DNA of 64,000 nucleotides. Source: Tubiluchus corallicola (Eukaryota; Animalia; Priapulida). A program made the position numbers and the translations under genes. The notes below the pieces were generated by a model, which ran no database searches, was not told where the DNA came from, and was given only the letters and a program-made list of their open reading frames with translations. The stretch lies in assembly GCA_030141605.1 (NCBI GenBank), contig JAQGDQ010000057.1, positions 62,001 to 126,000 of the forward strand, given 5' to 3'. Below are positions 26,644-39,500 of this stretch, in pieces (within the stretch, counting starts at the first letter, position 1; each line of letters opens with the position of its first letter).

Positions 26644-28326
26644 GTGAGTATTGCACTGGGTACTTGAGTAAAAAATACTAGTGCTGTACATTTTAATGTG
26701 ATTTTCTACAACTTGCACAGTTTCCACAGTTTGTAATGGTCAGAAATATATTAGCTGCTAGACAAGCTTTCTGATTCTGATATAGTGTTTTTATTGTATG
26801 TTTTAACTTTTAATTAGAGACATAAAATGGAGTGTTGAAAATTTTACATTAAAAATTCAACTCTTGTTGATGTTTTGTATTAAAATTTTGTTTGCTTTTT
26901 ATAAACCCATCTGTTCTATGGGATGTTTTAACTGTAATCTTTTAAAAGTTTCAAATTTGACAATTCAACCTTAATAACGAATGATAGATACTATTAAAAT
27001 TATGCTTGCTATTTCTAGCAAAACCCCCAACTGGTATGATGGATGGTTATTAGAATTGAAATGACTTTTTCAATTTGTTTCTTTATCTATTGCTTTTTTG
27101 GTATTGTATGAGAGCACCCTCTCGCCATTATTGAACAGGTAATGTTAATGGATCTGCCCTGAAGCCACAGGCAGTGTAGGTGAAGAATGTTATAATCTGG
27201 TGTACTGTACCTAGCTGTAGGTCAATCAGTATAGTGGTCTACAGTGTGAAGCAGAGATTAGGCATAATGTGTTGAGCTGTACTAGCAAAAAGGATATCCA
27301 TAGCAGTAGTTAGTGACATTTGTCTACAGTAAAGCTGGAATCTAAAAAGTATTTATAGTATTGTGTGAGTAAATAAATAATGTTCTTTTGTTCTCACAAA
27401 AAACTCATTCTCCTTGGTTACTTCACTGTTGTTAAGAATTGAAACATTATTTAAAAAAGATCTAATTTGCAATAATACTAATCATTTCAAATATGTATGA
27501 TATCATCCACAAAATAAATATGCTACCACATGCCCAGAAAAACGATTGTGTAGACTATAATTTAAAAGTATACAAGAAATACACTTACTGATGGTTAATT
27601 GTTAGTGATGATTTGAGTCGTGCATATTTATTGTTATCCTATAAGCACAAGAAAACACGCTTTACAAGTAAGGCTTAAAAAATTGTCTAGAAATTTTATA
27701 TCAGTTACAAGATATCTTACACAAGTGTCAGTTACACGATGCCTTATTGCATACAGTGTTTGCATTAGCTATATTTACTATCGTTCGAAGCACGATCTTC
27801 TCTAACTAAGCAAATTACTTTATCTTATCAATACGATCAATAATGTTTTTTTGTTGAGGAAGTTGTGACAATGTGCACACATACAGATGTAGTGCTCTTT
27901 TACCAAGTAACGTAAACATTTTAAATAAGAACTTCCTATTTCATGAGTCTTTCAAACAGATAATAAGTAATTTGTGTAGAGAGCTTTTTGGGAGATACTT
28001 TAAAATTTCCTTTCTTCCTCTTTAAATAGCGTATATAACTTGTTGGCTGGATATTATTCGTAGTTATTGCAAGAAAGGTTAGCTTTTGGAAAGAAGGTTT
28101 GTGCACTTTGTGTTATTTGATCATATCTAGCATAAATCAGCATTTTTGATCATTATTTTGTCTGTCAGTAGTTAACTAATTTTTGGACATTTTCATTAAT
28201 TATCTGTTGTGTTGAGGTTGTGTCTGTCAAACCTTTGTACATTATTAAATCTGTCTTGCAACATAGATGTCATCTATCATAACATTTCTAGTCTACTTTG
28301 AATGAGTATCTGTTATTTTTTTCTAG

Positions 28327-28510
28327 ATATAGAGCTGTGGTTAGACAGAGAGGGAAAAGTGCTGCCAATTTTAGATGATGCAACGGAGCAGAGCGAGCAG
28401 TTATCGGAGAAAGCAGTACACTTGAGCACAGGAATGCTGAATCAGTTAATGGGAGTTTCACCTGGCGACAGTAATGAGGAAGTAGTTAGGGCCGAAGAGG
28501 TAGTATTTAG
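28327..28510 (+). CDS. FASTKD5: FASTKD5-like, coding exon 3
   Basis: Boundaries ttctag|AT...AG|gtgaat. Begins DIELWLDREGKVLP. Phases 1/2 match the flanking exons. Confidence 0.82.
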
Positions 28511-28767
28511 GTGAATTGTCATTTTAAATTTTCATATTACAACAGTCCATTAAGTATAGAACCGATAAATGCAAATTTATTTAAAAAAGCAAGGCACAAG
28601 TTTGAAAATGGGTTGATTGTTATATATCGTAGTTTGCTTATTTTACATTTTGATAGCACGATTGCCATGTAGTCATTGTAGTACTGAGTGCTAGTAAGAT
28701 GACTCTTAATTTTTTGTACTTAGTAGTAGTTATTCGTTGACCTTGCTTAGCTGGTTTTGAGTAACAG

Positions 28768-29121
28768 AAATTTTTTTTTGAATATCACGTTTACAAGCAT
28801 GCAACTACACTTGCTTCGTTTTACTCGACTGTTACATCTAAATTTTTTTGAATATCATGGGTACAAGGCATGCAACTACACTTTCTACGTTTTACTCGAC
28901 TGTTACATCTAAATTTTTTTGAATATCATGGGTACAAGGCATGCAACTACACTTTCTACGTTTTACTCGACTGTTACATCTAAATTTTTTTGAATATCAT
29001 GGGTACAAGGCATGCAACTACACTTTCTACATTTACTTGAATGTTACACCTAATTTTTTTGAATATCATGGGTACAAGGCATGCAACTACACTTTCTACG
29101 TTTTACTCGACTGTTACATCT
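28768..29121. repeat. Minisatellite, 5 copies of a 69-71 bp unit
   Basis: gaatatca(tgggtacaaggcatgcaactacac...) recurs at 28780, 28850, 28921, 28992 and 29061. Confidence 0.95.
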
Positions 29122-29550
29122 ATGTGGAGTTATTTTTTCTATTTGGAGTTTGGGCAGGTTATGACAGCTGGTATATATTTATGCCTTCACTTGCTTTCCC
29201 CCTTGGTAGATGTCATGGGAATTTTCGTTTTATAGGTTCCATTATTCCAATGCATCAGAACATTCTTTTTTCTTTTTATGTTGTAGCCATCATGTACTTG
29301 CACGGCATGTTTTAAGGACAATCATTACTGGCAAACGAAATTACAGTCACTTGCAGTTGTTGTCTAAGATAAACAAATATTTGGGAGTAGAACAAGTAAA
29401 CTAATTTTGGTGTTTTTAACTAATTAGTTTTAAACCTAGTCATTGCATAATATCATCGTTCAAATCGTTTATTCGTATCCTTGAAGTAATTGGAAATAAT
29501 TTATTAATTTGTGGTTGAAAGCTGTAAATCATTATTCCTTTTAATTTAAG

Positions 29551-29668
29551 GAAGGTGTCAATTGAAGTTCTCGGCGAAAATCAATGCCTTTATAACAGTA
29601 ACACACTGATGGCTCATTCTAAAATGAAATTGCGTCAGCTGCATCGACTTGGTTATGAAACTATACTG
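29551..29668 (+). CDS. FASTKD5: FASTKD5-like, coding exon 4 (RAP domain)
   Basis: Boundaries tttaag|G...CTG|gtgagt. Encodes KVSIEVLGENQCLYNSNTLMAHSKMKLRQLHRLGYETIL, a RAP-domain signature. Confidence 0.88.
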
Positions 29669-30809
29669 GTGAGTTTTAATGTTTTTGTCAATTTGCTGGA
29701 AAGGTTTGTATGTTACTTTACTCATATGACTACACACTGATGTGAGGACTCACATAGAGGTTTCTCAGACGATTTTATCTACTTCTTTGGTTGCTCGTGG
29801 TTGATTAAGGGCCCTTCTAAATAAGTGCTGCCCGAAGAAGCACAATGAGAACATGCTGCTATGCTTAAATAGCTGCCCCAGATGTAGATTGATGTGCCTA
29901 TTATTACACATCTAGTACAATGAAAATGCTACCGTCAGTATCATAGTTCAGTCAAGTTAGCTCTAAAAATGTATGATACGAAGAAAAATAGAGTGAAGCT
30001 TAATTTTTGCACAGACACCCAAAAAGTCATCCAGAATAACAATACAAAATCCCCTGAAATCCAGTTTGGGGGAAAAACTGTATGTAGCTTAAAAAATCAG
30101 AATGGCCGCTGACACAGCATTAGTCAAAATAACTCAATTTTATAGCATTTAAGATTGCAACAATTTATTGCTAGATTGAGTTATTAAATATAAAAGTGCA
30201 TGTGTTCTATCAGAAAAATAATGTTTCAAGATTATTCAAGGTCAAGGTCATTCAAAATAGCCATCGGCACAGCTGATATAAAAGTACATATGCCTGCTGC
30301 CTTACAGCTTGTGTTGCGTATGATGTCTATAATGCTCTCCTAGTTGAGTTCTCTTGACCTCAAAGCATTATCAACAGCCACTTTGGATGAACTTAACATT
30401 GAATTATTACTTATTAACCTACTTATTAACTTGTATAAACTGTTTCCTTAAACTTCAGTGTATTTTTTGTTTGCTCCATCCAAGTAGTTGATTAGGGGCA
30501 ACTTTTTGTATTTAATGTAGTAGGTTTAGTTCCGCAGCTTCACATTTAGACACAATTTTTTGGAGGCCTTTACTGACCTAGCAGTGATAATTTTTGATCA
30601 CTTGACGTATTTGAGAAACTATATCCTGCCAGTTGCTTGTTTGTCAAAAACTTCCCACATTGAGATGAATTCCATGCCTGTCCAAAAACATCAATACTAG
30701 TCTAATAAACAAAAGATTAAAAAAGCAAGTAGATTTTCAAGTTTTATAATGCATACGATCACAATAAATTGTATTAATTCGTTGACATTGTCTTTATATC
30801 TTGGAACAG

Positions 30810-30908
30810 ATATATCCATCAGAAGTACGAATGTTAAGCAAGTTGATCCCTGCAGAAAGGATGGAGTTCCTCAGGAAAAAGTTAAATTTAGCCTCGATTG
30901 TTTGCTGA
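30810..30908 (+). CDS. FASTKD5: FASTKD5-like, final coding exon
   Basis: Acceptor aacag|ATA, stop TGA. IYPSEVRML..ERMEFLRKKL completes the RAP domain. AATAAA near 31162. Spliced CDS is 2298 nt = 765 aa. Confidence 0.8.
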   Translation: MYPSEVRMLSKLIPAERMEFLRKKLNLASIVC

Positions 30909-31834
30909 AAACTGAAGTTAGTAAAGTACTCCTCGATGCCTGCAAAAGTTTGTCTGATTTGTTTTAACTGATTGCTGATTCCAGGTATGATTTCATTTCT
31001 GTTTCCACTTTCTAAAAGAAGGTACCTTTTGCTTAATTCCTTTGTGACTGTGAATATTTAGTCAGTTTATACAGTTCCATTATGCTCTCATGTATTTCAT
31101 TCACATCTAAATTGAACACCAAGCAGCATTTCCCCAGAGTGCGGTGGTATTAGGGCGTATTAATAAAATTATTAACAGAAAACACTAACTATAGAAATGA
31201 CATACAAACTACACTGTCTTTATTCTCACATAATATAGCATTTAGTCATATAGATGTACCTGTGGTTATTGTCACTGGTTACTGGTTACCACAGGTTACC
31301 ATTGGATATAATTTAAAAGTATATCAAACTGAACTCCTGAATATAAAATACATTAATGCCAACAGTTTGCTGTTGAAACCTGTAAACTATGTGCCGCTAA
31401 TTGCCACCACATTTAACCAGTGAATAAACAAAAGTTTTCGCCGTTTAAAGGCCAAAAGGAGTAATGCACTGGTACTGGAAATGATCAGTAAACACTGTTG
31501 GTGAGTCGCACAAGATGAGAAACCCCAGTCATGGATACAAAAAAGGGCTTAAAACACTATGTTTGCAACTACTGGCCTCAATCACATACTGTATTAAATT
31601 TCTGCACAAAATGTTTCACAGGTTTTGCTTTCTGATATTAAAAAATATAATTTCCTGACTTCTAATTAGCGTGTAATCTAACATTATAGGTAGAATGAAT
31701 TCCGATAAAAATATCTTCAAATCTGCCTGAGTTTCTAATTCATAGCTCTTGTGTGAAAATATAAAACGTAAAGGTTATAGAATTCATTTTCTGAATGATG
31801 CTACGAAAGCCGTTTTATTTTACGCGAAGAGCGC

Positions 31835-34000
31835 TGTGACTTGAGTTGTTCCAACACCCCCCCTGTCACATTGGTTACATCCTACTTGTGACTTAGGCAT
31901 TACTATTTACTGTTAGACTTCACCTAATCTGGGCTTCCCTGTTGGGGTCAGCTGTAACGTTACCACCTTAAGCTGATGAGTCTGCTGCTATGAAGCCTCT
32001 ATGTTGTTTTAAATAAAACAGTTTATTTTTGGCTAAATTCTAGCAGTTCCTGTGTTCACTGTCTGTGGACTTTACATTTCTGGTGTCACGCAACCATAAG
32101 TTTTGTCATCGGATGTGCAAACCAGGGATTTTCCCTTTGACTAATGACTTGGGACTCCCCATTCTACATTCTTTCTCTGGGACGAATTATTTACAGCATT
32201 ACCAAAGCACTTACTTGACAACAAAGACCCGATACCAGCATACATTTTACCAAAAGAAACTTGATTTCACATATGTATTTCTTTGCAACAACCCTCAAAC
32301 TGCAATAGTACAAAATAAGAAATTATTGTTAAATGATGCAGATTTTTATAGCAATCTTCATTTAATTAAATATGAACTTATTGCTGCTAGTCTTGCACCC
32401 TATCTAATTATCATTTTTGCTCTCATTTTTTTGTTTTTTTATTATACCTGGCAACATCGCCAGCGAATTATTAGACAAACTGCTCGAAATTATCTTGTTG
32501 TTCAACTCACTAGTAATACATCGGCAAATAAGGAACTTGTTTTGCAAATCAAAAATGAATCAAACTCACCACTCTGAAAACCATCCTGATTTATTTCTCA
32601 ACCCTTTGAACTTACTACCAAACTCGCTGACTCGCATTTCCGTTCCCAGGCCACAACCTCAGCCCGGTTCTCGACCACTACCCCTCCTTAAACATGATAT
32701 ACTATACTATGGACACTGGTTAAAGTCAAAAAGAACTTTATTACTCATGTATTGCATGGTTGATGGACATTACCGTACTACACTCATGAACTCTTGTGTT
32801 TTCAGTAGAATCACCATCCAGCAAAGCTTGATTTGTCTGACGTTGACGCCTTTAAATATGGCAAAGAGTACTATGTCATGAAGAGATTGGTTGTTCATGA
32901 CGTCAAGCTGTCAACATGTGAAAGAGGCTTTAAATTCGCGCTTCCTTGCACGTAAGGCTTGCTCACTGTAGGAGCAACAGCAGTTGTGTTACTGCCTAAT
33001 GAAAATCCAACGTCTGGTTGGCTCCTGGTCGGCCTCAATCTACCTTTCCTGACATTTTTAAGCCACAATGGACCGCCTTATTTTCGGGAATGTCATGAGC
33101 TGCAACAATTCGTCGCCTGCCATGTCCTGGGTAAAGGTCTGCGACATGGACTCAGAATTTCACTCGCCACCTTTCAAGGTGCCTTTTGATGATCACTATG
33201 CTGTATGATTTGCAAAAGCCATCGTATCCCTGCTCGGCAAGCTAAACAAGCGTGCTCCGTCATCACCATCCACTCACCTACGATCCATCAAACCCACGCC
33301 ATGCTCCACCCAACCACGTACAGTCACCACGGTCGCCAGTCAAACCAACATTACTATACCTGCTCTAGGATGCCACCGTTCACGTCCTACTTGTACTGTC
33401 CAACCCTACCGACCACAGAACGCCAATAAACGATGCTACTGTCGCCAGTTACTTTACCCAAATTCAGCACCTCATTTGGCTTCCTGTAGCAACGTATGCT
33501 TATACCTTGGACTTCCTACATTCGGGAACTGGCTTGGAGAGACACGATAACTTCGTATCATGTCACAAAACTGAAACTTAAACTGAAGTAATGAATCATC
33601 TTCTTCTCATCAAAAGACATGAACATCTGTTTATGGCATTACAGTCTATTCAGCTTGTGGGGTTAAGAACAGTCTGGGAATCTGTTAATACAGACACCGA
33701 TGTTCGTACCTCCATTGAAAGACCTGGCTTCCTTCACTCATATTGTATCATTCAGGCAAGGAAGAGGATTAACACAGCTTTGTTTTGTTATGAACATTTC
33801 GTTGAACTGAACTCTTTTGATAGTGGTAGTGTTAGAAACTGATTTTCTGATATTCATGAAGTTGATAATGATAATTGCTGATTTGATAGTATTACAATTG
33901 ACAACTTTATGATACCTATGAAGTCTATGATACCCATGATACTTTATGATACCTATGAGCCTTCTGTGATTACGATAGTGCAGTAATTAACATTATATTC
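31835..34000 (+). mobile_element. LTR-like head (TG..CA, AATAAA, PBS-like TGGTGTCA) followed by a TM-protein ORF and a decayed DEDD-exonuclease-like ORF
   Basis: TGTGAC (31835)...AATAAA (32012)...TTTACA (32076), then TGGTGTCA (32081). ORF 32113-32577 has a TM helix. An overlapping ORF from 32555 yields LICL/DVDAF...YYVMKRL after one frameshift. No second LTR seen. Confidence 0.45.
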
Positions 34001-34559
34001 GGTTGTGAGTGAATTGACAATTATGATGATTATGTCAATTTTGAACACTGGCTTTACAAGCCAGCTTTTGTGTATTTAGTTCGTGAACATCTACATGTAT
34101 TTAGCCATGTAAAAACCCGCTTCATTTCTACAAATATCTTGTACTACTTGTACGGATGCATGCTAGCATATAAAATGCCTATAGTAACTTGGTGGTGTTA
34201 CCCATGTAATATAATTTATATTAAATTCGTTGATATTTGCGTCACCTGTGATTTAATGTATAATTTTACTTTAAACCACTGATCGTATATTGCAGTGACA
34301 TCTCTAGGCAATTGAATAAACAGTTAAGGAAAATGTTTTATAGAGCTGCTCATTTTCTTTGGCTCAGATCAATTCCTTGTTAGTGACTTTATATTTGAGC
34401 AAGCCCTATGTTGCTATTTTTATAGCAAGTATGTTGTGAACTCGCACAGCATTGTTTAATAAACATGTAACACGTATATAATGCCTAGATATACAAGAGT
34501 GATTATGACTAACAATGGACAATACCAGATTTTCTGAAGTGCCATTTACCAGAGTAAAA

Positions 34560-35700
34560 GGTAAAAACATTGGGATATGTTCCGTTTTGTTTCGTTTTTT
34601 TAATATACCACCAATACGGAGAAGCCTTTTATTTTCACATTGATGGTGCACTTTAATGGCAAGGCAAGAAGAGCCATGTTGGGAAAACTATCTTTTGTCG
34701 ATTTCCAGTACTATTAGGCCTTGCAAAAGTTTTATGCTGCTGTTGGTCTAAATTAATGTTTTCAAAGGAAGAAAATTTGTAGATTTAAATATTAACATAA
34801 TTCACTGAATTGACCATATCAGAATTAGTGAACATAGTGGCATGGTGAACATGGAATGATCCATCATCAGAACTGGACTCTTCATCTTTGTTGAAGTAGC
34901 GGTGTCAAATTCTTTTACCAGCACCACTCTAAAACATGCTGTTGTAGCCATAATTGTCTTAGACATTGTTACCCATGTGCCTAGTTCTTTCAAATCGCTT
35001 TCTTTCATAAATGAGCAAATTATGTTTCTGAGTTCTAATGGTCTTTGGTTCCTGTAATAGAAACTGAAAAGATTGGAAGTAGCAATTACTAGTATTCAAC
35101 ACGTATTCAATTTCTATGACCCATCCGCATTTCTGTGAATTCCTTTTGGCCTGCTTGAATGTTTGGTTGCTTGTACACTAATCCGAAACATTTTTCCTGC
35201 CATATTTTATCAGCAAGAAATATTTCTTTTGACCAAAACAATTCCGACTTCAATTTTTTCTCATATTGAATTTCTGCATCACTATCATTATCATTATCAC
35301 TACAGGCATTACCATTACTACCATCATTATTGTTCTTCATCAGGTGCTTGAGGTATATTTTTCATGAAACAGTGACCAAGTGCCTTCAAATAACATGTAC
35401 GGTAATATCTTTAAGCAAGTCTTCTGTAGCATTGTAATCGGAGAATGTTTCAACAACATCCTTTACTCTTAGAGTTCTTAGATTTTGATAGATTCTTTGA
35501 AGGGAATCTTTGCTTTGTCACCACTTTCTACAAAATATCTATCGATTTGGGCTTCTATTTCAACATACGGTGTAAGTTCTACAGAGTTCGGTAGCTTCTT
35601 CCGAAATATTGCATATTATTGACTTGCATGGAAATTTCTAACCATTCTTTTTAATGATTTGACAGAGATAACTCTATTGCCTACCCACTGTGCATATGAA
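34560..35700 (-). mobile_element. Decayed hAT (ZBED-like) transposase
   Basis: Minus strand reads YWKSTKDSFPNMALLA...FS..GGILKKRNK (hAT dimerisation domain), VKEFDTAT and an acidic insertion. Many stops and frameshifts. Confidence 0.65.
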
Positions 35701-37559
35701 ATTTAATAAGTTCACGTGCGTGCTAATTTGTCCCACAAATCCTAGTGGAAAACTGGAAACGTAAAGTAAATTAAGTATTACTGTAGCGCCACTAAGTATT
35801 GTTTTATTGTACAACAAGTTAAACTTGCAAATGAGAGGTTTTTTAATGTACACTTCTATCGTTGTCTAATATCATGCAGGACATGTGTTGTAACAAAAAT
35901 TGTGTCACTTCAACAGACTAGCTTTAATTATTTTCTTAATTATAATAATATATAATAATTATTATAATTATTAATTATTCAATTAACTGTAGATTATGCG
36001 ATTGTAAATGCTCTCCTCTGATCATAGATTCTGCTCAATAAACATTAAAACCACAAGAACTTTAAATTCTTTCTATCCTGTTGCATTTCGCACCATCAAT
36101 AGTAAATTTCATTAAACCTCCAATATTAATTCTCTATGTCACTGTACAACTGATCGAATTATTTCTGTTAATCTCCTTGTTCTTTCCATAAGTTATTTCA
36201 GTACGTAAGACCACATAAATTTCATTGTATGTATTATGTTATAATGACAATAAATTGCTTACTTACTTACTTACTTGTCTGATGCTGGTTTGAAACTGCA
36301 CAATAAAGAGCATATTTAAAACAGGTGCACTCGTATTTGTGTAATTTTACTGGTGCAGAAGTAATTGTTTAAAGACAGGCCTTTTCATGGACCAAGCTTG
36401 TGGGCTTCGGTGCAACAAGCAGAGTCATTCATTAAATTTAATCATATGCACTTGAACCAGTGCTTCATACTGTTTTCAAATTTCTGGGTATGCCCCATTA
36501 CAATAATAAAAGCTCAGCTACAGTAATCAGTTACAGTACATTGTTTTCAAGCCAAACCATTATGTACATCCTAATAATTTCAAATATAACTTGATACTAA
36601 AGTAATAAAGAGAAAAAAATACTTAGAATATTAGGTAAAGAAAAGCGTTGTGGTGCTTGGCTCACTATTCCCCCCCCCCCCCCCTGAAGCTGTCCGTCTG
36701 TATTTGTAGGCCTACTTGTAGCAAACATCCACGTGTCTGTTCTTTTTTCTAAACTGTTCAGTGACATTTTGCACAATTAGCATTTTGCACATTTACATTT
36801 TCACATGCATATACATACATTTAAAGTCACTATACAAAGCAGCAAAAACATGCTAAAATGAAATCTGAACAGTGAAGACTACAGTAATTAACATCACGTC
36901 AATTATCTACATGCAACGGCGGCAGCAGAGCTACAAATACAGTACCGGTATGTATTAAACAATGGAATAAACCACGTGATGTATTCAAGCAATAGGTGAC
37001 AGTTCATGTGCCGCCAGGCAAGTGAAACCCCCATTTGCTTTTATCTGCCATGCTTCTGCAAGGTTATGCCTGGGGTAAAAAGACAGTGCTTATAATTGTT
37101 GCCGAATTTAAAGAAAAATTTTTGTACTTTGTGTGTTACGGGCACAGAATTTGGATGAATGTCAAATCTTCATACTTCGTGGGTGGAATGGGTAGCTACA
37201 TAAAAAATGTGCATCATCTACCAATGCAGGGGCTAACTCCTGTTGCAATCCAATTGATGATAAAAGAGCTAGCATGTCCTGGCATTACTGAGATTTTGGA
37301 CCGCCATCTGAAACAGCAGAAACCTTGCCGCAAAAAAATAATAAAGCGCATATTACTTTCTATGTGGAATATTTTGGTCAACTACGATAAATGATTCAAT
37401 AACATTTGGTGTAAATATGCCCAATAACAAATGTGGATGCGTACAGCAAACGGCAAACAAACGGTTATGAATATCCGACTATTTATTTTACCATACGATG
37501 ACAGCAGTTCGGTTTCTGATGAGTAAGATTGGAAATATGGCATCTTAATTTTTATTAGT

Positions 37560-39500
37560 AAAAATTCTGATCATAATCTGTCGTTTTCATTCATTCTATT
37601 TTAGAGTTTACCTGACCTTTTGCACTTGTGCCATCTACATACAAAAAAGGTAAATACTGACCCCTATCTAGGGCTTTGCCACCACGACAGACTTTTATTG
37701 AAACATAAAATTTATATTACTCTTCACAGGTAAAAACGAATGATGACCAATTGTCGTTTTTTTTAGCTGTATCCTTTTTCTCACTGTTTACCCAGGCAGT
37801 ACTCAATATTGTCATCATATGGTATAGAACGATCTTGTCAGGATCTTGACAAAAAAGGTATGTTCAAAAAATATTGTCACCATGTTGGTACAATATATTG
37901 GATATTTTTGTCCAATACTGATCCAACATTGTCGTCCAGTTGGTTAGACATCTCATTATAGGGTGAGTGAGTTGCTTTAAAATTTTCGTTTGGCATCATA
38001 TGGGTATAGTGCATCTGTGGTACCTTTGTAGGTGTCGATAGTAAACCAGGTTTAGTGCTACTTGCAAAATTTACAGTTTGTATATGTTGGGCATTTAGGT
38101 CTAGCACAACCGACATGACTACTTTCTGTTGATTTCTTATAGTTAGTCTGAGCCAAAGTTTAAGTAGGTGCCAAAATTTAACTTTTATTTTTAAGCACAA
38201 GTTAGTAGTACACTGGTTATTTTTCAATGCCACTCTACTGAAACGAATGCCATCACTGTCGAGAAATCTTTCTACTTTAAAATGTCATATACTGACCATG
38301 TAATATCGTCTGTTGAAGCCGCTAGCATTTCATTAAAAGTACGAATACAATTGTTTATTCCCTTAATATTGATGGATTTTGCATTATGCCACCTTTATAC
38401 TCCTCATTATCCAGCTTTGGAAATGTTTTGCGTATGATTTATTCATTAAACGGAATTACTTTTCGAATTCGCCATAATATCACCATTCGTAATCTATTTG
38501 TCAACCTTCAGGCATCACTTATTTTTAATCATTAGATGTTCTACTCTTTTTTACCGTGTTGTCTTAGTTTGAAAGCGAGTTTTGACTGCCTGCACCATTG
38601 GCGCGAATACTAAGTCATGATGCAGTCATGTCATCTGACTCTTTTTCTCTGACTTGTGAAAGCAAGCATTCTTTTGCAAGCCATCTTGCTTAGAAGCTAA
38701 ACTAGGAATCTATTTGTCAACCTTCAAGCATCACTTACTTTTAATCATTAGATATTCTATTCTTTTTTACCATGTTGTCTTAGTTTGAAAGCGAGTATTG
38801 ACAGTCTGCACCGTTGGCACGAATACTAAGTCATGATGCTGTCATGTCATCTGACTCTTTTTCTATGACTTGTGAAAGCAAGTGTTCCTATTGCAAGCAT
38901 CATGCTTAGAACTTAAACTAGGATTCTGTTACTATTTCTTAACCTTCAATTGTCACATATCTTTTTTCATTAGGTCTTATACTTTGCTTTACCATATTGT
39001 CTTTCTTTGAAAATGGGTATTGGCAGTCTGCATCATTGGTACGAATGCTAAGTCATGATGCAGTCATATCATCTGGCTCTTTTTCTCTGACATGTGAAGT
39101 CAAATGTTCATATAGTAAGCATTCACATTTAGTACTTAAACCAGGTCTTAGATGGCAATAATCCACGTGCAATGGCAAGATTTATTCTAGAAGAAATGGA
39201 ATGGCTTATCATTTGTCTTGCTAATTTTACATGCCTTTTCTCACAAAGCTGTTTGGTGAGATGTGAACATCTTTTTGTCATAGTGCAGCTGTCATTTTTC
39301 AAGTTCATAAAACAGCTGAAAGTCTGTCCATGCTGCCTCTTGTACAAATGTTTTGTTCCCCAGAGCAAGATGCTGAACATGGCTTATTCCCCCAATATGG
39401 AAATTCACGCTTGCTCCGCATATATTTCCACATTTTCATGATGGTAAACGACCTGCGCCCGTTTTCTGTGTTTTGGCTTATTACACCTGAAAATATTTAA
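37560..39500 (-). mobile_element. Probable decayed LINE ORF1 with SGNH-esterase-like remnant
   Basis: Minus strand reads INNCIRTFNEML and ERFLDSDGIRFSR (decayed DGxH), with a 216-bp internal repeat upstream. Confidence 0.4.
38491..39145. repeat. Tandem repeat, about 3 copies of a 216-bp unit
   Basis: aatctatttgtcaaccttca starts at 38491 and 38707. A more diverged third copy starts near 38929. Confidence 0.9.

Noticed and set aside
31846-31870. Minus-strand PPT followed by TG (GGGGGGGTGTTGG) as the start of a 3' LTR
   Set aside because: No matching minus-strand internal domain or LTR end was seen. The plus-strand AATAAA..CA+TGG reading explains more, though this alternative is not fully excluded.
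37035-37394. 119-aa ORF (and SDGGP on the opposite strand) as a gene or transposase
   Set aside because: Non-ATG start, no further motifs or splice support. It is probably decayed repeat DNA.
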